Origin: Ostreococcus lucimarinus
Taxonomy: Eukaryota
Reading direction: 5' to 3' (one strand)
Assembly: GCA_000092065.1 (NCBI GenBank)
Contig: CP000591.1
DNA: 64,000 bases
Positions 47,501-55,472 of this stretch are shown here, in pieces (the stretch's first letter is position 1; every line of letters begins with the position of its first letter). The position numbers and the translations under genes are program-made. The notes beneath the pieces were generated by a model. That model was not told the DNA's origin. It saw nothing but the letters and a program-made list of their open reading frames with translations, and made no database searches.

Positions 47501-49324
47501 AAGCGCCAAGAGTTTGGGTTGTCCGTCTGAGCTGGCGTCGTTCACAAACTGAATGTGCTTGTATCGCACCGCCCCGCTGTAGCGAGTCACCTTTTCCACG
47601 CGTGTTCCCAAGAATGGAACGAGCGCGGAGTGAAACACCTGACCACGAATCACAAACGCGGCAAAAGCGCCATCGTTTGTCAACACAAGTTCACTGATTG
47701 ACGAGTAAGGGTCCTCAATCTCCGTCGGCATCGTTTTGCGGAACTCGCTCACAAGGGAGTATGTCAGCTCGACTTCCTCGCCGAGCGCGGGCGCGCGCGC
47801 CGTGTGCGCCGAAATTGCACGGCGGTACAGTGAACCACCGCGTCGATACACGAGCACATCACCATCGACGGTAAATTCTTGAACATCAAACAAACACTCA
47901 TTCGTGAGCTGCATCGCGAACTCGCCATCCGTCGTCATCGACCACACGTTGGCGACGCCCGACTTGTCGCTGATGAAGAAGATGAAGTTCTCGAGGCCCT
48001 TCGCGACAGAAACACTCGGACTCCATGCTCCCCGCACGCCCCACGTTTCTTCTGGCGTGAGCGGCTTCGCCTCGGAGTCGGCACGACACCATCGCCACAA
48101 GCGCGATTGTTCGCCACCTTCGTAGCGCTTTGTCGAGCTCGTCTGTCGCAACGGAACAAAGACGTAGCATCCGCCCGATTCTTTCACGCCCTCGATCGCT
48201 CTGGCAAACGGCAACGGCGACATCGCTCTAGTGTCTGGGTTGAGAGTCACCAGCTGTGTCGACGCCGACTTGGAAAACGCCGTGGAAATGAGGAGAATCT
48301 CGTTGTCCTCGGGCCAATCGGCGATGTCTTGCGTCTTGCCCCCAAACGTGACTTGCGTCGCGACGCCTCCGTCTGTCGGAGCGACGAATACGTCGTAGCC
48401 GTCGTACGTCAAGCCGAGAAACGCGATGTGCGAGCCATCGGGGGAAAGTCTGGGCACACCTTCGCGACTGTACGTCGACGACAATCGAGAGGCGACGCCG
48501 CCGTCCGCGGAGGCGATCCAAATGTTTGTCTCGCTCACGAAGGCAATCTTACCGCTCGCCATCGTCGGTAATCTGTAGTAACCCAGCACACTTTCATCTT
48601 CGCTATCCGCATCGATCAGTCGCTCGCGCGTTCGCTCGAGCACGGTTTCAACGCCCTTGATGACGAGACGCTCGTCGCGCTCGGGCTCCGTCTCGTCCGA
48701 ATACCCGTCCTGCTCGTCCCCGTACGCGTCTTCGTCGTCTTCACTCGGATACCCCGTCGTCGTCGCGTTTCGCGCGCCGGACGTCGCGTTCGACGCATCG
48801 CGTCCGAGCCGCGGCGTCCCCGACGCCGAGAACGTCCGCGCCGACGTCGGCGGCCGCGGCGCCCTTCGCAGCGCCCTGTTCTCCGCCGTCTTCGCGCGCG
48901 CCAGATCTCGTTCGTACTGCGACAACCCCAACGCCGGCGTTCCCGTCCCCGCGTCACCCAACGCCCGCGTTATCTTCATCGCCGCCTCCGCGCGCACGCT
49001 CGCCATCTCTCGCGCGTCTCTCGACCCTCTCCTGACGTCCCCAGTCGTCGCGCCCGCCGCGAACGCGCAGCACGCCAGCGCGATCGCCTTCGTCGCCACC
49101 ATCCACCGCCCGCGCGTCCCCCGTCCCGCGCTCGCGTCGTCCTCGTCCGCATCGCTTCGTCCTCGTCCTCGCGCGAGCAATCCCGCGCGCTCCGCGTCCC
49201 TCGGCGCGTCCACGCCCCGCGTCCACGCATCGCCGCGTCCCGTCGTCGTCGCCCCGCGGTCGCCCTCGCGCGTCGTCGCGCGCGCCCCGAACCCGAGTCC
49301 CGCGTCGTCGCCGCGCCGCGACAT
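44552..49324 (-). CDS. tricorn-protease-like peptidase S41 with beta-propeller and PDZ regions (1590 aa)
   Basis: C-terminal S41 catalytic region LIIDVRRNAGGNIDTWLLERL...GKVVVLIDEQTSSDAEMFALGIQQLGIGPVIGERTWGGAIG, preceded by a PDZ-like segment. Upstream are long TolB/WD-like beta-propeller repeats (…GKIAFVSETNIWIASADGG…SPDGSHIAFLG…). The N-terminus has a hydrophobic anchor WMVATKAIALACCAFAAGA. Two Arg-rich or Gly/Met-rich low-complexity insertions are present. Confidence 0.75.
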   Translation of the reverse strand: MSRRGDDAGLGFGARATTREGDRGATTTGRGDAWTRGVDAPRDAERAGLLARGRGRSDADEDDASAGRGTRGRWMVATKAIALACCAFAAGATTGDVRRGSRDAREMASVRAEAAMKITRALGDAGTGTPALGLSQYERDLARAKTAENRALRRAPRPPTSARTFSASGTPRLGRDASNATSGARNATTTGYPSEDDEDAYGDEQDGYSDETEPERDERLVIKGVETVLERTRERLIDADSEDESVLGYYRLPTMASGKIAFVSETNIWIASADGGVASRLSSTYSREGVPRLSPDGSHIAFLGLTYDGYDVFVAPTDGGVATQVTFGGKTQDIADWPEDNEILLISTAFSKSASTQLVTLNPDTRAMSPLPFARAIEGVKESGGCYVFVPLRQTSSTKRYEGGEQSRLWRWCRADSEAKPLTPEETWGVRGAWSPSVSVAKGLENFIFFISDKSGVANVWSMTTDGEFAMQLTNECLFDVQEFTVDGDVLVYRRGGSLYRRAISAHTARAPALGEEVELTYSLVSEFRKTMPTEIEDPYSSISELVLTNDGAFAAFVIRGQVFHSALVPFLGTRVEKVTRYSGAVRYKHIQFVNDASSDGQPKLLALSDASGEYEYVLLERQIEGGPWRETKITTGGKIKGAMEFSSISPDNTALLLADTDGNLKLVNLTETAVNTALYRTTEPEPISAKLAKRQSKPGRPDASPAGPQRPKPMLGRSPAARRAARRAARVGRRVSGRRASLHLASIGLGKEKSDDKASSVYADIDGIASIDTMLNGFRPEGVYGLAWSPDSSYIAFAKDEENDFSSIHVLNVTSGESTRITTPSYNAHSPKFSPDGLYLYYFSDQQIASGGSSPYGARGAEPMFYETSRLMCVPLRIGMTCPFFIGDELNPEGSVFDAEFGKALPTMISTKNIEQRAQVVPDLPEAQYLGFNIIGDGSGMLLTLVEDDQVIVAVYSMYSRQILPLYPDPMAVVVSGDMQVFTLVTEQGVALLSAKGVLQPGLDQESALRGAEVWYPPDTFGVIVNPREEWLQMYEEAMRNMRDAFYDPKLHGVDWTSITDRYRPLVYKISAKGELRDILAQAFGELSALHVFVSVHSDDPVLPLGSPSACLGANFEMTPLGLKIAYIHESSGILEAPQSSLSRSSLYSHVKLQAGDIIAKIDGVLVNSTELPLSNLLRGKAGMQVLLEVIKSPRSEQERKDEEDLQKMKELRMMQQMMGGGMGMASSQLGGASTATKTLRDPHMASLVRKHATPGAPRLPLGQPRHSVGPLKNGDVHADAKLAGKEHKGDDENEQPAPTTEMIIVMPLMLEECDVLEAADAVVQKREYVKSQTNDDVAYVYLEDMEQEGRGSSNSFDDFAAQFYPNVRKKGLIIDVRRNAGGNIDTWLLERLRRVAWMFDTERSGAGDTTMQYTFRGKVVVLIDEQTSSDAEMFALGIQQLGIGPVIGERTWGGAIGYSGHPELRLVDGSGFTIPSFGPYINGDWAIEQKGVTPDVLVSNLPVATFHGKDAQLDAAIASILDLMGTESVELPPKPTYPNRAFDSTSCAAGETGVDSAYLVSTQAAQDDASTPAVESATQVIQAETAVP

Positions 49325-49651
49325 TCGCGCTCGCGCCGATCGTCCCTCGCGCGTCGCGCGGTGCCCTTCGTCGACGTCGACGCGCGTCGATGTCTGACGC
49401 GATGGAGGGTGTTGGACGCGCGTCGTCCGTCGGCGTCGCGTATGTGTGTGTCGCGTAAAGTATGGGATTTATTTATTTGGCATCGCGACGACGTCGCGAC
49501 CCGCGGGACGCCATCGCGCGTCGCGACGACGATGCGCGCGTCGTCGACGTCGTCGTCGTCGCGATGCGCGTCGACGTCGTCGTCGCGACGACGGGGCGCG
49601 TCGATCGCGACGCGTCGGACGACGCGCGAAGGACGCTTCGGACGACGCGCG

Positions 49652-50992
49652 ATGGCGTCGCGACGACGGGACGCGCCGCGCGGGGACGCGCGCGCGAGCG
49701 CGCGACGCGAGCGGGGACGAGACATTCGAGTGACGACGACGACGTTCTACCGCGCCGAGAGCGCGCAGGGACGAGATTTAGGCGTGCTCGCGGCGCTGAC
49801 GACGAGGCGGCGGCTGGAGGTGCTCGACGCGACGTGCGCGTCGGGCGCGCGCGCGGCGAGGTACGCCGAGGCGGGCGTGCTGAAGTCGATGCACGCGAAC
49901 GACGTGAACGCGGACGTGGAAGACGTCGTGCGAGAAAATTTAGCCGACCTGCTGTCGCCCGCGAGCGAGGTGGACGTGAAGCTGACGTTCGACGACGCGC
50001 AACGCGTCTTCGCGCGCGCGTGGCTGGAGAAGACGTTTTACGACGTCGTCGACGTCGACGGCTTCGGCGCGGCGAACTTCGGCGACGCGTTGAAGTGTGT
50101 CAAGTACGGTGGGTTGTTTTACGCCACGTCAACGGACGCGCGAGCGCTGTGTGGGCAGAATCCTGAGACGTTGAGTCGGGCGTTCGGAAACGCCGTCGTC
50201 GCGCCGTCGAGACCGGGCGTGAACGAAATCGCGCTCCGCGTCTTCATAGGCGACGTCGTGCGACGGGGGGCGGCGATCGGAATATCCGCGACGCCGCTGT
50301 TTTCGTTGTTTCATCCGCACGGTCCGGTGTTTCGCGTGATGTTTCGCGTGGAAAAGGCGCGAGGCGGCGCGTACGACGCCTTCGCGTCGAATCGCGACGC
50401 CGCGATGGGCTTCGTCGGCTTTTGCGATCGATGCGGCGACACGTCCGTCGTGCGCGCGCCGTTGATCGACGTGTACGGGCACACGAAAACGATAGCGCCC
50501 GGCGACGACGACGCGACGACGCAGTGCGCGAGATGTCGCGGCGAGGGATCCGCCGAAGACACGCGAAGCGCCGCGCTCGCGATTTCGGGACCGCTTTGGT
50601 TACGATCGCTGCACGATCGCGACACCGTGCTGGCGATGATCGAGGCGGCGGACGCGCAGGGTTGGTTCGCCGCCGACGACGAATCCGACACAGGACCGGT
50701 GAAAGGACAGCTATCACTGCGCGATTTGCTCGACGCGTTTGTGGGCGAAGCCGACGCCGGGCTCGAGCGCACGCCTCACCATCTTCGCACGGATGAGCTC
50801 GGACGAAGAGGCCGAGCGAAACGCGTGCCACCGCGAGACGTGTTAATCACCGCGCTTCGCGCCGAAGGATTCGCGGCGACGCGAAGCCACATCGACCCTC
50901 GCGGCTTGAAGACGAACGCGACGATGGCGGACGTCGTCGCGTGCGCGAATCGCGTGTGCGAAGCCGTCGACGAACTCGAGGGGCGCGCGTAG
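49652..50992 (+). CDS. TRM1: tRNA (guanine26-N2)-dimethyltransferase TRM1
   Basis: FYRAESAQGRDLGVLA...VLDATCASGARAARYA...MHANDVNADV...FYDVVDVDGFGAA..F...GGLFYATSTD...CGDT...APLIDVYGHT...ISGPLWLRSLHD is collinear with Trm1. The start is moved to MASRRRD (49652); the track ATG at 49361 lies 37 bp from the opposite-strand tricorn-like start. Confidence 0.75.
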   Translation: MASRRRDAPRGDARASARRERGRDIRVTTTTFYRAESAQGRDLGVLAALTTRRRLEVLDATCASGARAARYAEAGVLKSMHANDVNADVEDVVRENLADLLSPASEVDVKLTFDDAQRVFARAWLEKTFYDVVDVDGFGAANFGDALKCVKYGGLFYATSTDARALCGQNPETLSRAFGNAVVAPSRPGVNEIALRVFIGDVVRRGAAIGISATPLFSLFHPHGPVFRVMFRVEKARGGAYDAFASNRDAAMGFVGFCDRCGDTSVVRAPLIDVYGHTKTIAPGDDDATTQCARCRGEGSAEDTRSAALAISGPLWLRSLHDRDTVLAMIEAADAQGWFAADDESDTGPVKGQLSLRDLLDAFVGEADAGLERTPHHLRTDELGRRGRAKRVPPRDVLITALRAEGFAATRSHIDPRGLKTNATMADVVACANRVCEAVDELEGRA

Positions 50993-51050
50993 AGAGTTTT
51001 AGATTTAGCGATTATTTCGTTGTTATTCAAACGGTAGCGTTACTTGTGGA

Positions 51051-52178
51051 TCACGCCGCGGCGGAGATCTGATTCCACGCGCCGTCCAAAGATTCCTTCC
51101 ACACCGTCACCGTGTTGTTCCCGTCGCTCACGGCGAGAATGTTGCCCATCGTGCTCCACGACACGCGCCACACCGGCGCGCCGAAATCGTGCAGCTCGCG
51201 CGATTGCCACGCTCCGCGCGGTTCGCTTTGAGTCCAAATGAACACCTTGCCGTCCTGCCCGCACGATGCGATGGTGTTCATGGGAAGACCCATGTTTTCG
51301 CTCCACGCGACGTCGCGCACCCAGTCGCCGTGCGCGCTCAGCGTGGCTTCGCATCCCCAAACGCGTCGCTCCTCGTCAAATCTCCAAATTTTCACCAAGT
51401 TGTCGCATCCACACGTCACTAAACGCTTGGCGTCGACGACGCTCGCGCCCCCACCCGCGCTCACCAGCGCCCCCGGCGTCGCCGCGGGCGCCCACGACAC
51501 CCCCGTGCACCCGATGGCGTGCGCGTTTGGAATCTTCTCCACCGTCCAGCTCGCTTGGCCGTCGTAGGAGATCACGGAGATCGACCCATCGCTCGACGCG
51601 CACGCCAGCTTCGCCCCGTACTCATGCGGCGCCCAAGCGATGGCGTTCACGCTCCCGTCGTGCGTTCCCGTCGGCGTCTGGTACGCCAGCGAAAACGCGT
51701 TCGGTTCCGTCTCCTTGTGCACGCGCACGTGATGATCGAAGCTCGCGCTCGCGAGCAGCGTTCCAAACTTCGGATGCGCCCACCTCGCGCTCCACACCGG
51801 TCCATCGTGTCCCGTGATCGTCGCCACGTGCGTCCCTCGCGCGCGATTCGCCTCTCCCTCGGTTCCGTTCGCGTCGCCCAGTCTCCCCCCCGCGCGATCC
51901 TCCGCGTCGCGCGCGCCGAGCGCGTCGCGCGTCCCGTTCGCCGCCGTCCCATCGCTTCGCCCGCGCGCGTTCGCTTCGCGCGTCGCGTCGCTCGATCGCG
52001 CGCCTCGTTCGCACTCGACGTCAAAGATTCGAATCGTTCGGTCGCTCGAGCACGTCGCGACGCGTCGTCCGTAGTAGTCGTACGCGCAGTCGTGCATCGC
52101 GTCGGCGTGGTGCGCGTCGAACGCGCCGTGCGTTCGCGTCGTCATCGCGAATGGTCGGTATCGCGACGCGCGAGTCAC
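51051..52178 (-). CDS. SEC13: SEC13 (WD40 COPII/nuclear-pore protein) with a ~55-aa low-complexity insertion
   Basis: HDCAYDYYGRRVATCSSDRTIRIFDV...ITGHDGPVWSARWAHPKFGTLLASASFDHHVRVHKE...SVNAIAWAPHEYGAKLACASSDGSISVISY...CGCDNLVKIW...AHGDWVRDVAWSEN...IASCGQDGKVFIWT...VWRVSWSTMGNILAVSDGNNTVTVWKESLDGAW is collinear with human SEC13 almost residue for residue. Confidence 0.85.
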   Translation of the reverse strand: MTRASRYRPFAMTTRTHGAFDAHHADAMHDCAYDYYGRRVATCSSDRTIRIFDVECERGARSSDATREANARGRSDGTAANGTRDALGARDAEDRAGGRLGDANGTEGEANRARGTHVATITGHDGPVWSARWAHPKFGTLLASASFDHHVRVHKETEPNAFSLAYQTPTGTHDGSVNAIAWAPHEYGAKLACASSDGSISVISYDGQASWTVEKIPNAHAIGCTGVSWAPAATPGALVSAGGGASVVDAKRLVTCGCDNLVKIWRFDEERRVWGCEATLSAHGDWVRDVAWSENMGLPMNTIASCGQDGKVFIWTQSEPRGAWQSRELHDFGAPVWRVSWSTMGNILAVSDGNNTVTVWKESLDGAWNQISAAA

Positions 52179-52639
52179 GGCGCGCGTCGCGGTGCGCCGA
52201 TCGCGTCCGATCGCGCATCTGGATGGATGCGCGGCGTCCGACGCGACGATGCCATCGTCGATGCATCCATCGACGCGTGAGTTCGCGGTCGTTCGCGCTC
52301 GACGGCGTCGCGTCGCGGCCGCGTCCGGATCGGTGTACGAGGCACTCGTCGACGCGCGTCGTCGTCGCCGTCGTCGTCGCCGTCGCGCGGGACGACGGAC
52401 GACGACGGATGTGGACGTGGACGTGGACGCTCGGGACGCGCGAGACGTCGCGCGAGACGTCGCGCGTCGATGCGGGCGGTCGACGCGCGCGAGCGGACGA
52501 CGCGGCGCGACGCGCGAGGGCGCTCGGACGCGACGACGACGACGACGACGCGGGACGCGCGGCGCGACGGCGTCGACGGCGTCGACGGCGCGCGGACGCG
52601 AGACGCGTCGTCGCGCGCGCGGCGTGCGTCGCGGCGGCG

Positions 52640-55417
52640 ATGGCGACGCGAAGCGCGAGCGCGTTCGGACCGCGACCGCGACCGAGGCTGTACGAGAAAC
52701 CGAAACTCCCGCGACGATTGCTCGAGGCGGAGTTGGCGCTCGGGGAACTCGCGCCGGGAGGACCGGCGGCGGCGGGACTGTTGGGCGACGGACGCTGGCG
52801 AGCGAGCGCGGGAGGAGACGACGAGGAAGGCGATGGGGAGGCGAGGACGCGCGCGACGAGGCGCGTGCGATTCGAAGAGTACGCGCTTCGAGGGGCGACG
52901 GGAACCGCGCGCGCGGGCGTCGAGCGCGATTCTCGACGAGACGCGTCGACGTCGGCGTCGGCGTCTCACGCGTACGCGTATACGGCGGAGATTCGTCCCG
53001 GCGGCGGCGACGCGAAGGCGCGCGTCGGCGTCGTGCCCGCGGATTCCATGGATTCGATGGCGGCGACGACGACGACGCCGGACGGCGGCGATTCCGTCGC
53101 GCGAGGACGCGACGGCGACGCGAGCGGGACGGCGGCGCGCGCGGCGGATTCGGCGATCGAGGCGCTGGTCGAGGAACTAAATTCCAAATCGCCCGCGCAG
53201 GAAATGTTTGAAATGTTACGGCGCGAGGGCGAACACTTTGTCAATCCGCGCACGGGGAAGAAGTTTGAGTGGGGGGACACGTGGATGCACGAGCGAGGCG
53301 GGGGCGTCGGCACCGGGCGACCGGAGTCTCGCCCGCGGCGACTCACGGCGGACGGCGCGGTGGAGGTGATGCCGGCCAAGGGCGACGCCGGGTACGCGCT
53401 CGTGCCGATGAGTTCGGACAAACAGGGATTGTTGGAATTTTACGATCGATGCAACGGTCCGAGATGGAGCAACACGCGAAACTGGGGCGTCGGCGAGCCG
53501 TGCGCAAACGCGTGGCACGGCGTCGTTTGCGTCGGCGGTCGAGTGACCGAGTTGTTGATGAACCTGAACAACGTCGCGTGCATGGGATCGCTCAACGTCA
53601 CCGCGCTCGCGACGTACGTGCACGAGCTGCGCTACGTCGATTTGAGCGATAATTTGTTCACGGGAGATTTGCCGCGAGACTTGTTTAAGATGACGCAGCT
53701 TCAGAGCCTCGTGTTGTCTGGAAATCGCATCACGGGCGCGCTTCCCGAGGACGTCGGCGCGCTGACGAATCTGCGGCACATCGACTTGTCCGCGAACGCC
53801 ATGCGCGGCGCGCTTCCCGAGTCGCTCGGCGCGTTGAGTGAGCTCAAAGTGCTGTATCTGGGCGAGTCTGGGCTCGAGAACAAAAACGACTTCGCGGGCC
53901 CGATTCCCGAGTCGTGGCGACGTTTGAAATCGCTGAAATCGTTTTCGTTAGCCGGCAACTCGAACATCGGTGGAACGTTGCCCGATTGGTTGCTCAACAA
54001 TCTGGACTCGCTCGAAGAGTTGACGCTGTCGAGATGCGGTTTGACTGGGGAAATACCGCCGAACGTCGATCAAATGAAGTCGCTTCGCGTGTTGGATCTC
54101 GGCGAAAACTCATTCAGCGGCGTCGTGCCCGTGGAATCGCTGTCGAGATTGCGACGTTTGAAGCACCTGCGTTTGGCCGGAAACGCGCTCATCGGGTCGC
54201 TCGGCCCATCCGTCGCCCATTTGCGAGAGATTGAAACCTTTGACGTGAGCTCGAACCGTTTGACGGGGGATTTGCCAAAGGAACTCTTCTCGCTGCGATT
54301 GCTAGAAATTTTGGACGTTTCAAACAACGCGTTTACCGGGACGTTGGCTCCTCCCGACGGCGCGGAGACGTCGAATTTGCGCGTCGTCGACGCCGAAAGC
54401 AACCGTCTCGTCGGCGTGCTCTTAGACGGCGAGTTCTTCAAGCGCGCGCCGCATTTGAGGTATTTGAGACTGTCGAATAACAGAATTTCCGGCGCGTTCA
54501 CCGACGGCGCGTTCGACGACGCGGGCGAACTGGTGGAGCTACACGCGTCGAATAACGATTTGCTCGGCCCGTTGCCGGATTCTGTCCGTCATTTGACAAA
54601 GTTGAAATCGTTGCGACTGAGCGGCAACGCGCGTCTGGGCGCCGGTCGTGGAATGCCCGACGCGCTGTCGGAGTGTTGGAATCTCAGAGTCGTCGAGCTC
54701 GCGCGCGCGGGCTTCGAGGGCGACATCGCGGACGATGCGTTCGCGCGCATGCGTCGATTATCTTCGCTGAATTTGGCCGAAAACAAGTTTTCGGGCAACG
54801 TGCCCGCGTCGTTGAAATCGGCTGAATTTCTGCGGAAATTGGAGATTCAAAACAACGCATTCGTCGGGGAAATTCCGTCGTGGCTCGTCGAGCTTCCGCA
54901 CCTGGAACTCGCCGATTTCACGGGCAACAAGTTCACGGGCGCGATCCCGGATTCGTTTTACGATCCCAAGACGAACTCCGTGCCAAAGCTCGAGGAGCAC
55001 AGAAACCGCCCCGCGGGCGTCGCGCGGGTCTTACGACTCGGACGTAATCCGTTGTTTTGTCCGCTTCCACCCTGGGCGCGCGCCGCCGTGGGCGCGACGT
55101 GCGTGCGAACAGAAATCACATCCATCGACCCCGCTACGGGCGCCGCGAGCGGCGGCGCCGTCGTCACGCTGCGAGGCAGCGGGATTCCCGGCGCGCGCGA
55201 CGTCGGATGCTTCTTCGGCACCGAAGCGGAGCACGTGTTCGTTCGCGCGACTTCGTTCACAAAGTCGCACGTCGCGTGCGTCGCCCCGTCCGTCGCAGAC
55301 TTGCCCAAGCCGCCCGAACGTAACGCCGCCGGGTACGCCGTGTCGGTGCGCGTGGGCACGAGCGCGTCGGGCGCGGCGACGGAATTTGGTGAATTATTCG
55401 TGTACACGACAAACTAG
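52640..55417 (+). CDS. plant-type leucine-rich-repeat protein with C-terminal IPT/TIG domain (receptor-like, no kinase)
   Basis: LRRNT-like CNGPRWSNTRNWGVGEPCANAWHGVVCVGGRV, then ~20 LxxLxxLxLSxNxLxGxLP repeats, then an IPT-like TEITSIDPATGAASGGAVVTLRGSGIP...VACVAPS. The first ~160 codons of the track ORF (from 52151) overlap SEC13 on the other strand and are Arg-rich; the start is placed at MATRSASAF (52640) but remains uncertain. Confidence 0.7.
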   Translation: MATRSASAFGPRPRPRLYEKPKLPRRLLEAELALGELAPGGPAAAGLLGDGRWRASAGGDDEEGDGEARTRATRRVRFEEYALRGATGTARAGVERDSRRDASTSASASHAYAYTAEIRPGGGDAKARVGVVPADSMDSMAATTTTPDGGDSVARGRDGDASGTAARAADSAIEALVEELNSKSPAQEMFEMLRREGEHFVNPRTGKKFEWGDTWMHERGGGVGTGRPESRPRRLTADGAVEVMPAKGDAGYALVPMSSDKQGLLEFYDRCNGPRWSNTRNWGVGEPCANAWHGVVCVGGRVTELLMNLNNVACMGSLNVTALATYVHELRYVDLSDNLFTGDLPRDLFKMTQLQSLVLSGNRITGALPEDVGALTNLRHIDLSANAMRGALPESLGALSELKVLYLGESGLENKNDFAGPIPESWRRLKSLKSFSLAGNSNIGGTLPDWLLNNLDSLEELTLSRCGLTGEIPPNVDQMKSLRVLDLGENSFSGVVPVESLSRLRRLKHLRLAGNALIGSLGPSVAHLREIETFDVSSNRLTGDLPKELFSLRLLEILDVSNNAFTGTLAPPDGAETSNLRVVDAESNRLVGVLLDGEFFKRAPHLRYLRLSNNRISGAFTDGAFDDAGELVELHASNNDLLGPLPDSVRHLTKLKSLRLSGNARLGAGRGMPDALSECWNLRVVELARAGFEGDIADDAFARMRRLSSLNLAENKFSGNVPASLKSAEFLRKLEIQNNAFVGEIPSWLVELPHLELADFTGNKFTGAIPDSFYDPKTNSVPKLEEHRNRPAGVARVLRLGRNPLFCPLPPWARAAVGATCVRTEITSIDPATGAASGGAVVTLRGSGIPGARDVGCFFGTEAEHVFVRATSFTKSHVACVAPSVADLPKPPERNAAGYAVSVRVGTSASGAATEFGELFVYTTN

Positions 55418-55472
55418 TCGCGGCGGCGCCGCCGTGGATGATGAAGAATATTGATTTGAAAGCGTTTTCCTT

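Noticed and set aside
51820-52000. Low-complexity insertion in SEC13 considered as an in-frame intron.
   Set aside because: No GT...AG pair with the GTGCG/ACTGACG signature. Sequence is coding-like and in frame.
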